From an uncultured Verrucomicrobiae bacterium (GTDB lineage Bacteria > Verrucomicrobiota > Verrucomicrobiia > Limisphaerales > Palsa-1400), in NCBI GenBank assembly GCA_963707025.1, contig CAVPOM010000006.1, positions 32,001-96,000 of the forward strand: a stretch of DNA of 64,000 bases, in the 5' to 3' direction. Each line of letters begins with the position of its first letter. Within the stretch, counting starts at the first letter, position 1. Of the stretch, positions 36,751-47,748 are shown piece after piece. The notes under the pieces are model-generated. The model saw only the letters and a program-made list of their open reading frames with translations. It was not told the DNA's origin and did not search any database. A program made the position numbers and the translations under genes.

Positions 36751-39700
36751 ATGAATGATAAAGACATCGCCACCAAGTCGTTTCTCCGCCGGTTGTCTGG
36801 CGGCCAGTCCCCCTCCAACTTCTTATCCCGTTGCCAGGCCGGGTTTTTTGCCCTTTTGGCGTCGGCGCCGCTCCTGGCTGTGCTTATTTCCACCAGCGCC
36901 GTGGCCCAGGTCAAAGTGGCCGGCCAGTTGCTCATTGATCTGAGCGACACTCGCGGCACCAACACGGCCACCGGCATGTCCTCCGTGGCCGGGGAGACCA
37001 ACCTCATCTATTGGACCAACTATGGCACCCTGGGCGGCACCTTCAACATGATAGAGGACTCTGTGTATTCCGTCGGCTACACAGGCGGAACCAATCCTCC
37101 CGTCATGACGCTGCTGACCTCCGGCGCGGTTTCCGCCCTCGCCCCTGATTCCCCCACCGGCCTCCGAATCATGATTGCCAGCTTCCTCACCCCGTCACAA
37201 CTACAGGGAGGCAGCCACTATACCGTCGAAAGCTGGTTTTATAACCTCACCACGGCTAATCCTCGCGGTTTGTTTGACTGGACGCTGGCCGCTCCCACGG
37301 CCGGCTTCGACGCGGGCGAATTCTCCCCAACCTCCACTGCCTCCTGGCACAACGACGGCAACAGCCTGAACTGGAGCGCTGCTGGCACGGCCCCCTCCAC
37401 CGGCGTCTGGCATTACGGTGTCATAACATACGATGGAACCACGGAGAGCGCTTATCTGGATGGTGTCCTGACGGACAGCGCCGTTCACACCCTCAACATT
37501 GACGCGGAAAGCATATATCCAGCCCTCTTCAGCCAGCTTGGCGCGAATCCCCCCACGGGGACCTCGTCCAGCTACAATGGGGCCATCGCGGCGTTGCGGG
37601 TGCATACGGAGGCCTTGGCGGCCTCGGACGTGGCCACCAACTACGCGGCGGGCATTGCGGCGGTGCCGGCGGCCCCGACCAACAGCATCTCGATTGATGC
37701 ATCGCCCGTCACCGCGCTCCTCGGCACCACGGCGACACTGAACGGCATTTTGAACGCCACGACCGATCCGGGCACGACGGCGCTGACCTTCTTCTACGAC
37801 ACCGTGGATCATGGCGACGCGACCAACGCCTGGGGGGTTGGTCACAGCGTTACAGCGACGACTCCGGGGAGCCTGCCGGGGACGTTCTCCGCCAACATCT
37901 CAGGCTTGACGATCGGCACCACCTATTATGTGCGCATTTACGCCGCCGACGCCAATGCCACCAACATGTCGCCCTTTGTCACGTCGTTCATTACCCAGGG
38001 CAAGCCGGTCGTCGCCAACAGCTCCTCCTTTTTCGCGGCGCCGGGATCCGACTACCTGATTGGCAGCCTGGTCAATGACGGCACTGCGGGCGGCGGCGCC
38101 TCCGTCACGATCTACTGGGGACCCACCGACGGCGGCACGACGCCGGCGAGTTGGGCCAATACCGTTCCTTTGGGAACCCAGAACAATGGCAGTTTCAACA
38201 CGCAGGTGTCCGGCCTGACCACCTTGGGCAACTATTATTTCACCGTCTCGGCCCAGAATACTTACGGCACGGCGTTCGCCCCGTCTTCCATGGCCTTCCA
38301 GGAAGGGCTGATGTTTACGCTGAACACGACCAATCTGCCAGCCAACGGAACTGCTGTCGCCTCTTATCCCACCGCCCAGGGTACCCTCGCTTACGATGAA
38401 GGAACCTTTTCCGTATCCGAATTCGGCGGCCAGAAATGGTTGAACGAAACCGCAACCGCTGTTAAAAACATGTGGTTGCCCTTCACCGCCTTCCCTGGAG
38501 GCACGGTTCCGACCACTATTCCCATCAACGGCGGCACCATCGTCGCGGCCTTCAAACCCGAAGGAACTCCGAACACCACTTGGGCTAGTGTTGCGAACGT
38601 GTTTTTCTCTCAACTCGGCATAGCCTTGGATTCCGCCAGCGACGACGTTGCCATCACGGGTAACTCGGTGGCTTCCGTCACGATCAGTTCAGGTGGATCA
38701 GGCTACACCAGCCCGCCCACGGTCGCTTTCGCGCCGCCAGGCGGCATTCCGGCGATGGATGCGACCGCCACGGGAACGGCCCAGATCAGCGCCGGCGGCG
38801 CCGTCACCAACGTCATCATTACTTCCGGTGGCTCGGGTTATCCTTGGCTTGCCTCAGTTGCCAATGCCGGAACCCTCAAAGCCCCCACCGTGACTTTCAG
38901 CGGAGGCGGCGGCAGCGGCGCGGCAGCGACCGCCCACTTGACGGCTGCGACCGGAACTCAACTTCTCCCTGAAGTCAACAGCCAGCGCCCGCCCGACGAT
39001 GCCAACGGCCAGAATGTGGATGGCAACGGCAATGGTGAGAACAGCGCCAACCGGTTGGTCGTTCCCTTCGACCAGGTTTCCGTGGTCAGCGTCGTGGCAG
39101 GGGATGGACGCTCCAGCGGCGTCTCCGGCGATAACAACTACCGCGTTTATGTCAACGGCATCGAGGTGATGGATACCGATTATGGTTTCGTCAGCGGCGT
39201 CTCGTTCACAACGGCGGGTTCCACCAACGGCAACGGCTACACCAACTCCGCTGGGGCCAATGTCGCCCCGACCGTGACCTTCTCCGCCCCCACCGGCACC
39301 AACGGTGTCATCGCCACCGCGACCGGCGTGGCGGTGATGGGCACCGGCGCCAGCCTCGGCACCATCTCCAGAGTCACCATCACCTCGCCCGGCAGCGGCT
39401 ACACCGGTGACGGTTTGGTCAATAACGCTACGGTCACGTTCTCACCCTCTCCATTTGGTGTCACCGCCGTCGGCACGGTTAATCTCGTCAGCCTCGGAGG
39501 TTACACCACGGGTGCCAGCATCATCGGCGCGAAGGCAGCCGGGGAAAACGGCACAGGCATGACGGAACTTGCCTATAACACGCCAACCTATTTTGGAGGT
39601 GCTCCCTATGGTGCCAATGCAACGTTCAACATCGGCAACGATGGCAATTTTAACGACGGTTGGACTTACACGGGCTACCTTGGCAACGTTTCTGTTTACG

Positions 39701-42561
39701 GGGAGGCTCTCAGCGATGCTGCTCGTCAGGCAGTGGAAAATGCCATCGCCGGTCAAGCCGTGCCCACCTCGCCCCTGACCTACGCCATAACCTATACCTC
39801 GGATGCTAATTCCACCATTACTCCCGTCCCCTATTTCTTGAATTCATCGGCGGGCGGGATCACCACGGTCTATGAGGGCGAAAACCAGACCTACTCCTTC
39901 GCAGCGGCCACAGGTTTTGGCCTCCTCTTGTCGGTGGACGGCTCCACTGCCGCCCCGGTCTCCGTTGGAAGCACCTACACCTTCAACAATGTGAACGCCA
40001 CCCATACCATTGCCCTGACCAGCATAGCCATTCCTAACCAGACGGTCACCGTCACCTATGGGGCCACCGGAACAGTCAGCACCAATGGCGCGGTCATCCC
40101 CAGCGGAACGGCCATCGTCGGTGTGCCGGGCGGTTCAACGCTGGTCTTCAATATTGTGCCCAACCCTGGCAATAAAATAACCTCTGTGACGCTCAATGGC
40201 ACGGCGGTGGCTGCCAGCGCGCTGGCGGCGGGTATTTACACCTACCTCAATGTTGGACTGGGCACGGTTGGCACGAACGATGCGGTCAACATCACCTTCT
40301 CCGCCCTGCCGGCCATCAGCCCGGCAGCGAGCCACGTGCCGGAATCGCAGGCCCTGCTCTTCGGAGTGGATACTGCCTCGCTACCTGTGACCAACGGCAC
40401 CACCATCACCAACTGGCCCATTTTTTACTCCAGCACGCCTCAAACTAATCTGGTCAAGGATACCATCAACGCCGGCCTTTCACTCGCGGTGACCTACAAT
40501 GACGCTTCCGGCGTCGTTTGGGAGAACAATATTGATGCGAACAGTACGGCCACCACCTGTTATCAACTCTACCCTACCGTGCTCCCCAATGGCACGTCCC
40601 TCCCGAACACCGGCGGAACCATCATCACGGTCGTCAGCCCCAATGCCGTGGGCATAGGAGCGGGAAACAACAGCGGAGATTGGCATTCCATCGTGGACGT
40701 GTTCTTCGGCTGCTTGGAAATCGGCGTCAGTCCTGTAACTGGCCAGATTCAAGCTTACGTGGATAATGACCAATCCACGCCTTACGACGGCACCGGTTCT
40801 CCCGTCGCCACCAGCACTGTCACCATTCCCAATGGGACCAACGCAGTTCTAAGCTTGGTGGCTCAGCCGGACGGGTCCTTCGCGGTTTATTACAACACGA
40901 TTCTCGTCATCACCAACGCGAGCATTGCCGGGCCTGGCGGGCTCTACCTGACGGCGGGCCGCGAGGGTCAAGCCTTTGCCGCCAACATCACGCTGGGTGA
41001 CGATGGTCCTGACAATTATAATGCCTTCAATGGATTGATCGGTAACACCTACGTTTGGACCACCGCCTTGACTCAGACGGAGCGCACCAACTTGGAAGCC
41101 GCACTCATGACCCAATTCCATGCGGTCGTGCCCCCGAACTTCAACTGGGTTGGCCCCAACAGCGGCAACTGGAGCGACATCAACAACTGGAGCAATACCG
41201 TTCCTTTCGCCGTCACCACCGTCCCAGGATCCGGCGGCGGTCAGGTTCCTCTCTTCTCCCTTGCCGGCGCGGGCGCAACGGTGACCTTGGACGCCCCCGA
41301 ATCGGTCGCCGGCTTGAGCTTCGACACCAACACTGTCATTGTTTCGCCGGCCGGCAATACTCTGACTCTGGACAACGGACCCGGCGATGCCACCGTGACA
41401 GTGGGCAATGGCGCATCGGCCACGATTGACGTCCAGTTGAACGTGCCGCAAGGCCTCAACGTCATTGGGCCAGGCCTGTTGACTTTGGCCACCAATGTCA
41501 CCCTTGGCGCCACGGTCAATGGCTATGTTGAGATTGCGCAAAACGCCAGCAACACCGCCACCCTTGTGCAAACCGGCGGCACGCTCACGACCTTCTCCAT
41601 CGCCCAATCCTGGGCTGTGGGCAATGGCCCCGGCGTCATGCTGGGCGGTGCGGACAATTCTGCCACCTCCGCCACCTATACCCTTAGCGGCGGCACTCTG
41701 ATCACTCCCAACATAGGCTGTGTGACTGAGAACTTCGGGGTGAATCCCGCCGTGTTGGTTCCTCCCAGCACGGATGGCGCCACCGCCATTCTCAATCTGA
41801 ACGGCGGCGTGCTCCAGGCCAGCGACAACGATTCGGTGGACCCAAATGCCCTGGCAGAAGGCAGCGCCCACCTCATCTTTAACACCACCCATACTTACGT
41901 TCAGGCGGGCGGCGCCGTCATCAGCACCGGCTACGCCAATTCCATCTCGGTGCCCCTCGAGCACTCCCCCGCCGGGCCGGGCGTTGACGGCGGCTTGACC
42001 AAGATGGGCACCGGCACCCTGAATCTGCTGGCCGCTTCGACCTATACCGGCCCGACCGTGGTTCAGGCCGGCATTCTGGCCTGCGCGACCGCCGCCTCGC
42101 TGGGTGGCAACTCGGTGACTATCGTCCCCGGCGCTCAACTCCAGTTGGAGTTCACCGGCACAGCCACGGTTTACCAACTGTTCACCAACGGTTCGGCTAC
42201 GTCTGTGCCCCCAGGTGTCTATGGTTCCACCGCCTCCGGGGCCGCTCACGCTGATGACACCGACTTCGTGCCCGGCTCAACCGGGAAACTGACGGTTCTG
42301 GGCGCGATCACGGCGGGGGAGAAACCCTCGTTCACCAGCTCCGCCTTTACCGGCGCCGCTGGCAATGGCAGCTTGCTCTTGCAAGGCACGGGCGGCATCT
42401 CGGGCGGCACTTATCTGGTGTTGGGCAGCACCAACGTGGCGGCCCCTCTGGCCGATTGGGTGACGCTGGGGCAGGGCACGTTCACGGGCGCCGGTTTCAG
42501 CGTCAGCGTTCCGGTGAGTACGGCCGTTCCGCAAGAGTTCATCCGAATTGTTGTGCCGTAA
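36751..42561 (+). CDS. Large secreted 1936-aa protein: LamG-like domains, GSGY repeats, autotransporter-associated beta-strand repeat
   Basis: Signal ..AVAQ; WHYGVITYDG..YLDG (LamG); GGLTKMGTGTLNL..STYTGPTVVQAGIL; C-terminal YLVLGSTNV..W module. Confidence 0.85.
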   Translation: MNDKDIATKSFLRRLSGGQSPSNFLSRCQAGFFALLASAPLLAVLISTSAVAQVKVAGQLLIDLSDTRGTNTATGMSSVAGETNLIYWTNYGTLGGTFNMIEDSVYSVGYTGGTNPPVMTLLTSGAVSALAPDSPTGLRIMIASFLTPSQLQGGSHYTVESWFYNLTTANPRGLFDWTLAAPTAGFDAGEFSPTSTASWHNDGNSLNWSAAGTAPSTGVWHYGVITYDGTTESAYLDGVLTDSAVHTLNIDAESIYPALFSQLGANPPTGTSSSYNGAIAALRVHTEALAASDVATNYAAGIAAVPAAPTNSISIDASPVTALLGTTATLNGILNATTDPGTTALTFFYDTVDHGDATNAWGVGHSVTATTPGSLPGTFSANISGLTIGTTYYVRIYAADANATNMSPFVTSFITQGKPVVANSSSFFAAPGSDYLIGSLVNDGTAGGGASVTIYWGPTDGGTTPASWANTVPLGTQNNGSFNTQVSGLTTLGNYYFTVSAQNTYGTAFAPSSMAFQEGLMFTLNTTNLPANGTAVASYPTAQGTLAYDEGTFSVSEFGGQKWLNETATAVKNMWLPFTAFPGGTVPTTIPINGGTIVAAFKPEGTPNTTWASVANVFFSQLGIALDSASDDVAITGNSVASVTISSGGSGYTSPPTVAFAPPGGIPAMDATATGTAQISAGGAVTNVIITSGGSGYPWLASVANAGTLKAPTVTFSGGGGSGAAATAHLTAATGTQLLPEVNSQRPPDDANGQNVDGNGNGENSANRLVVPFDQVSVVSVVAGDGRSSGVSGDNNYRVYVNGIEVMDTDYGFVSGVSFTTAGSTNGNGYTNSAGANVAPTVTFSAPTGTNGVIATATGVAVMGTGASLGTISRVTITSPGSGYTGDGLVNNATVTFSPSPFGVTAVGTVNLVSLGGYTTGASIIGAKAAGENGTGMTELAYNTPTYFGGAPYGANATFNIGNDGNFNDGWTYTGYLGNVSVYGEALSDAARQAVENAIAGQAVPTSPLTYAITYTSDANSTITPVPYFLNSSAGGITTVYEGENQTYSFAAATGFGLLLSVDGSTAAPVSVGSTYTFNNVNATHTIALTSIAIPNQTVTVTYGATGTVSTNGAVIPSGTAIVGVPGGSTLVFNIVPNPGNKITSVTLNGTAVAASALAAGIYTYLNVGLGTVGTNDAVNITFSALPAISPAASHVPESQALLFGVDTASLPVTNGTTITNWPIFYSSTPQTNLVKDTINAGLSLAVTYNDASGVVWENNIDANSTATTCYQLYPTVLPNGTSLPNTGGTIITVVSPNAVGIGAGNNSGDWHSIVDVFFGCLEIGVSPVTGQIQAYVDNDQSTPYDGTGSPVATSTVTIPNGTNAVLSLVAQPDGSFAVYYNTILVITNASIAGPGGLYLTAGREGQAFAANITLGDDGPDNYNAFNGLIGNTYVWTTALTQTERTNLEAALMTQFHAVVPPNFNWVGPNSGNWSDINNWSNTVPFAVTTVPGSGGGQVPLFSLAGAGATVTLDAPESVAGLSFDTNTVIVSPAGNTLTLDNGPGDATVTVGNGASATIDVQLNVPQGLNVIGPGLLTLATNVTLGATVNGYVEIAQNASNTATLVQTGGTLTTFSIAQSWAVGNGPGVMLGGADNSATSATYTLSGGTLITPNIGCVTENFGVNPAVLVPPSTDGATAILNLNGGVLQASDNDSVDPNALAEGSAHLIFNTTHTYVQAGGAVISTGYANSISVPLEHSPAGPGVDGGLTKMGTGTLNLLAASTYTGPTVVQAGILACATAASLGGNSVTIVPGAQLQLEFTGTATVYQLFTNGSATSVPPGVYGSTASGAAHADDTDFVPGSTGKLTVLGAITAGEKPSFTSSAFTGAAGNGSLLLQGTGGISGGTYLVLGSTNVAAPLADWVTLGQGTFTGAGFSVSVPVSTAVPQEFIRIVVP

Positions 42562-42582
42562 ATAAGGAATAGAGATTGATCC

Positions 42583-42615
42583 TGAGAAGCCGGGGCGAGC
42601 CGCCCCGGCTTCTCA
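42583..42615. terminator. Strong GC hairpin after the large gene (terminator or mRNA stabiliser)
   Basis: TGAGAAGCCGGGGCG-AGC-CGCCCCGGCTTCTCA, 15-bp stem; no clear U tract. Confidence 0.65.
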
Positions 42616-42863
42616 TTAAATGTAATAATATTTGGCGGATTCCAAGGATTCTGGGCGCGTGACAGTATGGGGTCTGGCGGGCAGCGCCTTAATTTGGTGC
42701 AGAGTGGAGCCTGTGGCTCGACTTCGGCGCCCAGCGCCGACACTGCAACAATGAAATTAAGGCACTAAAGTCTGGTTCGGCCGGTTGCAAGGAGTTCGGC
42801 CATGTGTTACCGTGGCGCTGAGTGCGCGATGCAGCCAGGGAGAGCATCGCGGAGAGATAAAAA

Positions 42864-43664
42864 ATGACAAATGGAAAAAGAAATCGCGGGCGGGCCTTTA
42901 CGTTGATTGAATTGCTGGTGGTTATTGCCATCATCGCCATTCTGGCCAGCTTGCTGCTGCCGGTCCTGGCCAAGGCCAAGCTGGCCGCGAGGGACGCCCA
43001 GTGCAAAAGCAACCTCAAGCAGATGATGGTCGCCACTCTTTCCTACGTCAATGACAACAAGAGCAGTTTCTTCCCCAGTTACAACAGCACCGATGGCACT
43101 CTCTGGATAGACAGTCTGGTCGCCTTTGCCGCCAACGTGCGCCCGATACTGACTTGCCCTTGCTGCACCCAGCCGCCGCCAACAGGCGGCGGGGCCGGCG
43201 CGTGTGATCAACCCTGGCAGTGGGAAGCCGGCGTGACGGGCAGCTATAATTTCAACGGCTGGCTTTACCAAAACTCGGCCGATTACCGGGGAGACATCAG
43301 CCCACCGCAATTTACCGCGAACTGTTTTGCCAACCAAAATGCCATTTCACACCTGTCCATGACGCCGGTGCTTCAGGATGCCGTCTGGGTGGACTTTTGG
43401 CCCATCGCCTCGGATCCGCCTAACGCAAACCTCTATCTGGCCGGGGGAGAGGAAAACCCGGCGGAGATTGAACGCATCGTCACCCCGCGTCACGGCGGGG
43501 TTAATGCGAGCGCCGCGCCCCGGAATTTTAATATCACCCAAAAATTGCCGGGTGGCATCAACTTGGGCCTGTCTGACGGCCATGTCGAATATTCCCCGCT
43601 GGAACGTCTTTGGCAATACTACTTTAACGCGACCTGGGTCCCGCCCGCAAGACGACCCATCTGA
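42864..43664 (+). CDS. Prepilin-type N-methylation domain protein with H-X9-DG motif
   Basis: [32 protein letters not shown]...[13 protein letters not shown]. Confidence 0.9.
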   Translation: MTNGKRNRGRAFTLIELLVVIAIIAILASLLLPVLAKAKLAARDAQCKSNLKQMMVATLSYVNDNKSSFFPSYNSTDGTLWIDSLVAFAANVRPILTCPCCTQPPPTGGGAGACDQPWQWEAGVTGSYNFNGWLYQNSADYRGDISPPQFTANCFANQNAISHLSMTPVLQDAVWVDFWPIASDPPNANLYLAGGEENPAEIERIVTPRHGGVNASAAPRNFNITQKLPGGINLGLSDGHVEYSPLERLWQYYFNATWVPPARRPI

Positions 43665-43672
43665 CCATTGAA

Positions 43673-44461
43673 ATGAAAACTGAATACAGAAATTCCCGAC
43701 GCGCCTTCACTTTGATCGAATTGCTGGTGGTCATCGCCATCATCGCCATTCTGGCCTCCCTGCTCCTGCCCGCCCTGGCCCAGGCCAAGGCGAAAGCCAA
43801 ACGCATGATCTGCTTGAACGACGAACATCAGCAGATCATTGCCCTGTGTATATACGCCGGCGACTACAAGGATGCTTTTCCCGTCAGCGCCGCCGGCTAT
43901 TGGGCTTGGGACATGCCCGTCCCTGTTGCGACGATCCTCACCAACAATGGCACGACCTGGAAGACGTGGTACGACCCCGGCACCCAGCCCATATTTAGCG
44001 ATCAGGATGACCTGGCGCTGTGGAATTTTGAGCCTGACTACCGGGTGGTCGGTTTTGCCCTGACTTTTCCCGGCACCGCCTCTTACGCGGACAGTGGCGC
44101 ATGGCTGTTTTCCACCAACTTAAATTACAAATTGAGCGCCGGCTCGGTCGTGGACACCGGCTCGGGCGTATCCTATCCCATCCATGCTGCGACGCGCGCC
44201 GTGGTGGCTTGTGCCAACATGAACCAGCTTGGCGACAGCACTTCTCCGCTCATAGAAAAAACCTACACTGGCAACGGCGGTTGGACTGACGTTGATGGCG
44301 GCTATTCTAAACACCATACCAGCGCCCACATGAACGGGCCTGTCCCATTGGGAGGCAACGTTGGGACACTGGACGGCCATGTGAGCTGGGTTCCCTTCTC
44401 ACAAATGCTTCCGCGCTGCGGGGATGGCGGGATCGGCGGCGCGCCGTATTTCTATTATTGA
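43673..44461 (+). CDS. Prepilin-type N-methylation domain protein with H-X9-DG motif
   Basis: [37 protein letters not shown]. Confidence 0.9.
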   Translation: MKTEYRNSRRAFTLIELLVVIAIIAILASLLLPALAQAKAKAKRMICLNDEHQQIIALCIYAGDYKDAFPVSAAGYWAWDMPVPVATILTNNGTTWKTWYDPGTQPIFSDQDDLALWNFEPDYRVVGFALTFPGTASYADSGAWLFSTNLNYKLSAGSVVDTGSGVSYPIHAATRAVVACANMNQLGDSTSPLIEKTYTGNGGWTDVDGGYSKHHTSAHMNGPVPLGGNVGTLDGHVSWVPFSQMLPRCGDGGIGGAPYFYY

Positions 44462-44623
44462 ATCAATTCCTATACAGGCAGGGCCGTCGCGTTGCGACGC
44501 CCGCGGACGGTGCGGCGCGCCGTCCCAGCCCGGGGAAATGAAGAAATTAGTCCCGCATCCTTCTGCATGCGCCAACAAATTGAACTTGTCTCAATGATGG
44601 ATTCGTGAAAGATGGGGGGAGTC

Positions 44624-47194
44624 ATGCTCAAGTTCACGACCTTCGCCATTTCATGCCTGCTCTTCTACCGATTGCCGGTCACTCCGCTGCCGGCCGCCAG
44701 CGTCACCATCAATATCAACGCCACCAATCCCGGCCCCCGCCTCAATCCCGGGATGTACGGCATCTTCTTGGAGGAAATCAACCACGGCGTGGACGGCGGC
44801 CTTTATGCCGAGATGATCCGCAACCGGGGCTTTGAAGACGCCAAACCTCCCGAAGGGTTCACCTTCCGGCCGGGCAACGGCGGCCGCCCGGGCCGCTGGA
44901 TGGCCGGACAATACGACGTCGAGTCCTTCGCCCGCTCCCTGCGCCTGGATTATTTCAATCCGGACGGCACGATGAAGGATTTTCCGTATTGGTCGCTGAT
45001 CAAGGACGGCGCGGCCCAGGGTTCCATGAATCTCGACACCAACAACCCGCTCGACCCGGCCGGGCCGCGTTCGCTCCGCCTGGAAATTGATGAGGCCGGT
45101 TCCGGCCGCCTCGGCATCGCCAATGAAGGCTTTTTCGGCATCGGCGTCGCGGCGGGCAAAAAATATAATTTATCATTCTGGGCGCGCGGCGAGGGGTTTT
45201 CCGGCCCGCTCACTGCTTCGGTGGAAGACGCCGCCGGCACTCCTTGCGTCGTGCCGGTCACCCTGAACGGCGTGACGGGCCAATGGACGCAGTTTCATGC
45301 CGCCCTGACCGCCACGATGACCGATGCCAAAGCCCGCTTCGTCCTGACCGCCGGCGCCAGGGGCAAAGTTTGGTTTGACATGGTTTCCCTCTTCCCCGCC
45401 GACACCTTCAAAAACCGCCCCAACGGACTTCGGCCCGACCTGGCGCAGTTCCTGGCCGACCTGAAGCCCGGCTTTGTCCGTTTCCCGGGCGGTTGCGTCA
45501 TCGAAGGCGGCAGCGTGGCAACCGCCTTCAACTGGAAGGATTCCATCGGCCCTCTGCCTGGCCGCCAGGAGCAATTCGGTCCCTGGGGCTACCGCCAAAC
45601 CCACGGCATGGGCCTGCTCGAATACCTGCAATTCTGCGAGGACATCGGCGCGGCCCCTCTTTACGTCGGTTTTTGCGGCGAAACCTGCTACTTCCGCAAC
45701 GTGGAGGACGTGCCCATGGAGCAAATGGGCTGGGTCGCCACCAATTTTCTCGATGCCATTCAATTCGCCAATGGCACGGCGTCCACCCCTTGGGGCAAAC
45801 TCCGCGCCCAGAACGGACACCCCGAATCATTCAACCTTAAACTCATCGAAATCGGCAACGAGGGCCACACCCGGAATTTCCCCCCGCGCTACACCATGGT
45901 TCACAAATTGCTCAAATCCGAATACCCAGACCTCACCTACATCAACGACTTCTCCTTCTACTTGGGTCGCGCCCGCTCGCAAATGGGACCGGAACCCTCC
46001 GACATCGAGGACAACCATTGGTACGAAAACCCCAATTGGTTCATGAACAACACCAATCTGTATGATAATCGCGACCGCAGTCTCCCGCCCGTCTATGACG
46101 GTGAAGTCGCCGTCACCTCCGGCGACCACAGCGACGAACACGGCACACTCCTCGATGCATTGAGCGAAGGCGCCTTTCTCATGGGCCTGGAGCGCAACGC
46201 CGACGTCGTGAAAATGGTTTCCTACGCGCCTCTGCTCGCCAATGTCAGCGGCCGCACCGACTGGCACGGCATGATCTACTTCGATTCCCTTCACTCCTAT
46301 GCCACCGTTTCCTATTACCTCTGGAAATTATTTGGCCTCAACCGCCCGGACTACACCGTCGCGGCCGACGTTGCTTATCAGCCCGACCAATCGGCCGCGA
46401 TCACCGGCGCGGTGGGCGTCGGCACTTGGAACAACAGCGCGGAATTCAAAGACATCCGCGTCGAGAAGGACGGCCAGGTCCTTTACGCCTCCGATTTCAC
46501 CAAGGACGCCGCCGGCTGGAAAACGGAAGGCGGCAGTTGGTCCGTCGTGGACGGCGCCTATCGCCAGCGGGACGCCAACCCCAATGGCCTGCTCAGTTGC
46601 ATGGGCGACGAAACCTGGTCCAACTACACCATCACCCTCAAAGCCCGCAAGGTCGGCGCTCGCGGCGAAGGTTTCCTCATCGCTTTCGGCAAGAAGGGCG
46701 GCGACAAATACTGGTGGAACGTCGGCGGATTTGGCAACACCCAGCACGATGTCGAGTTGAACCAGACCATCATTGGCCGGCCCGTGCGGTCCGTCCTGGA
46801 AGCCGGCCGTTGGTACGACGTTAAAATTGTCCTGAAAGACCGTCACATCCAGTGCTTCCTGGACGACAAGCAGATTCATGATATTGAGGTCCCGGCCCAG
46901 GATCGTTTCTTCGCCAACGCCGGCCGGGACGAGGCCAGCGGGGAATTGGTCATCAAAGCCATCAACCTCTCGCCCAATCCGGTTGCCGGCGCCCTTCACG
47001 TCGCCGGTCTCTCCAATTTTGACTCGCAGGGCGATCTCACCGTCCTCTCCTCCGCCCGTCTTGCCGACAACAACACCCTGGCCGACCCCAAAAAGGTCAT
47101 CCCCGTCACCAGCCCCCTGACCATTCCGGGCGGCGCCTTCACCTGCGATTTCCCGGCCAACTCCCTCACCCTGATAAGGGTCAAAGCCAAATGA
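44624..47194 (+). CDS. Secreted alpha-L-arabinofuranosidase, GH51
   Basis: YGIFLEEINHGVDGGLYAE, RFPGGC, IEIGNE, GLERNADVVKMVSYAPL. Confidence 0.92.
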   Translation: MLKFTTFAISCLLFYRLPVTPLPAASVTININATNPGPRLNPGMYGIFLEEINHGVDGGLYAEMIRNRGFEDAKPPEGFTFRPGNGGRPGRWMAGQYDVESFARSLRLDYFNPDGTMKDFPYWSLIKDGAAQGSMNLDTNNPLDPAGPRSLRLEIDEAGSGRLGIANEGFFGIGVAAGKKYNLSFWARGEGFSGPLTASVEDAAGTPCVVPVTLNGVTGQWTQFHAALTATMTDAKARFVLTAGARGKVWFDMVSLFPADTFKNRPNGLRPDLAQFLADLKPGFVRFPGGCVIEGGSVATAFNWKDSIGPLPGRQEQFGPWGYRQTHGMGLLEYLQFCEDIGAAPLYVGFCGETCYFRNVEDVPMEQMGWVATNFLDAIQFANGTASTPWGKLRAQNGHPESFNLKLIEIGNEGHTRNFPPRYTMVHKLLKSEYPDLTYINDFSFYLGRARSQMGPEPSDIEDNHWYENPNWFMNNTNLYDNRDRSLPPVYDGEVAVTSGDHSDEHGTLLDALSEGAFLMGLERNADVVKMVSYAPLLANVSGRTDWHGMIYFDSLHSYATVSYYLWKLFGLNRPDYTVAADVAYQPDQSAAITGAVGVGTWNNSAEFKDIRVEKDGQVLYASDFTKDAAGWKTEGGSWSVVDGAYRQRDANPNGLLSCMGDETWSNYTITLKARKVGARGEGFLIAFGKKGGDKYWWNVGGFGNTQHDVELNQTIIGRPVRSVLEAGRWYDVKIVLKDRHIQCFLDDKQIHDIEVPAQDRFFANAGRDEASGELVIKAINLSPNPVAGALHVAGLSNFDSQGDLTVLSSARLADNNTLADPKKVIPVTSPLTIPGGAFTCDFPANSLTLIRVKAK

Positions 47195-47736
47195 GACGCA
47201 CCAATTTAACCTGGCTCCTTGCCTTGTGTTGCGCCGCCCCGTCCCTCCGCGCCCAACAAGCCGATGCTCCGGCCACCAACACCCCTGCGCCGCTCTCGCC
47301 CATCATCGCCGCCAGCCAACTCACTCTTTCGGATTACGCGCCTCCGCAGCATCAGATGGTTTGGGTCATGCGTCCGATGAGCCGGAGGAAGGATCCGACC
47401 AATTCGACCGACAGCCACTTTGATTGGTGGCCGCACAAAGACACCAACGAATGGATCCAAGCCGCCTTTGCCAAAGCGGAAACCATTTCCGAAACCCAGG
47501 TCTATTGGTTTGACGACTCCCAGAAAAGAGGCGGCTGCAGCACCCCGGTTTCCTGGCGCGCCTTCTACAAGGACGGCGGGCAATGGAAACCGGTCGAGAC
47601 CACCAACGAGTACACCGTCTCCAAGGATCGGTTCGACAAGATCACCTTCAAACCTGTCACCACCACCGGCCTGCGACTGGAAGTGCAACTCAAGCCCGAC
47701 TGGTCCGGCGGCCTTGAGTCATGGAAGGTCAACTAA
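47191..47736 (+). CDS. Secreted discoidin/F5-8-like carbohydrate-binding domain protein
   Basis: Signal peptide; FDWWPHK..EWIQ..VYWFDD..GGC..SW..F.PVTTTGLRLEV..SGG..W. Confidence 0.7.
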   Translation: MRRTNLTWLLALCCAAPSLRAQQADAPATNTPAPLSPIIAASQLTLSDYAPPQHQMVWVMRPMSRRKDPTNSTDSHFDWWPHKDTNEWIQAAFAKAETISETQVYWFDDSQKRGGCSTPVSWRAFYKDGGQWKPVETTNEYTVSKDRFDKITFKPVTTTGLRLEVQLKPDWSGGLESWKVN

Positions 47737-47748
47737 CCTGAAATTCCT

